DNA of 64,000 nt, taken from Lama glama (Eukaryota). The notes under the pieces are model-generated. The model was not told the origin of the DNA, did no database searches, and saw nothing but the letters and a program-made list of their open reading frames with translations. Both the position numbers and the translations under genes were made by a program. Position 1 is the first letter of the stretch. The number at the start of each line of letters is the position of its first letter. The stretch spans positions 32,366,001 to 32,430,000 of the forward strand of contig CM052817.1 of assembly GCA_028534125.1 (NCBI GenBank). The letters are read 5' to 3'. Below are positions 63,110 through 64,000 of the stretch, piece by piece.

Positions 63110-63574
63110 TTAAAGGCTATTACTGGGTGTATCTCTGAGGATGTTTCTGGAAGAGATTAGCATTTGAATTGGTGGTGAAGCAGATGGCCCTCCCCAGTAT
63201 GACTTTATACAGTCCATTGAGGGCCTGAATAGAACAAAATGATTGAGGAAGGGAGGGTTTGCTCTGTCTGCCTGACTGCTGAAGCTGGACATTGGCCTCA
63301 TCCTGTCCTCAAGGATCCTGGTTCTCAAGCCTTCGGACTCATACTGGAATCTACACTATCAGCTTTCTAGCTCTCAGACCTTCAAACTACACTGCTGGCC
63401 TCCCTGGGTCTCTAGCTTGCAGATGGCAGATCATGGGCCTTCTCAGCCTCCATGATCGTGTGAATCAATACCTTCTAATCAATCAACAGACAAACAATTA
63501 TTTATTCATTCATTCATTCATTCATATATGCATTTCCTATTTGTTCCATTTCTCTGGAAAATCCTGACTAATAC
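63110..63574 (+). mobile_element. ERVL LTR (MLT2B-like), 5'-partial
   Basis: gaggatgtttctggaagagattagcatttgaat...gagggcctgaatagaacaaaa...cttctcagcctccatgatc...tctctggaaaatcctgactaataca. Confidence 0.9.
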
Positions 63575-64000
63575 AGTTTCTGTCTTGTTGCCTAATGGTG
63601 GATCCTGGCTATCAGCCTGGTCTGTTTGGATGGCTCCTTCACTCGCACTGTCTAGCTATTTCACTATTCCTGGACTCAGATCATCCTTAACCCCATATTT
63701 TAGGCTCATAGATCAGTGCTGTCCTTCCTTGCACTTAGACCAATAAGCTATAACCCCAGGTGGGACCACACCCAGACTTCCCATTCTAGGAGGAGAACTC
63801 AGGCATCAAGCTGGACTTGGAACTTTTGAAGGACTACTGAAGAGTCAGTTTTGGGGTAGTGAAGAAGGTGGGTGCAGAGTGGGCAAAGGTTGTTTTTAGG
63901 AGGCCTTGATGGAATCCTCCAACTTCAAGAGTCAATAATTACGCAGTGGAGTCAGGAATGATGACTGGGCGGCCCCTGTGGGCAGATAGCTGGGATTATG

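Noticed and set aside
13100..64000. Second protein-coding gene or processed pseudogene downstream of SPATA18
   Set aside because: No ORF resembles a known non-transposon protein, and I saw no consistent exon chain. A lncRNA cannot be excluded from sequence alone.

Overview
This is mammalian genomic DNA, very likely from a camelid, because it carries several copies of a tRNA-derived SINE resembling camelid Vic-1. Positions 738-10634 (+) hold the last seven coding exons of SPATA18 (Mieap). They splice through GT-AG sites into one uninterrupted frame: 910 nt in the window, about 302 aa, ending ...GLPRF*. The 5' exons lie upstream of the window. A probable 3' UTR runs to a poly(A) signal near 13018. 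The remaining ~51 kb looks intergenic and is rich in transposon remnants (MIR, L2, CR1/L3, old and young L1, MaLR/ERVL LTRs, hAT elements, camelid SINEs). Apart from SPATA18 and decayed L1 fragments, I recognise no protein in the ORF track. I found no convincing new biological system. The most notable items are an apparently expanded Arg/Ser repeat in Mieap, three 5'-inverted (twin-priming-like) young L1 insertions, a 44-bp locally templated copy, a 43-bp recent tandem duplication and two structurally odd SINEs. Repeat names come from recalled consensus sequences, and their boundaries are approximate.
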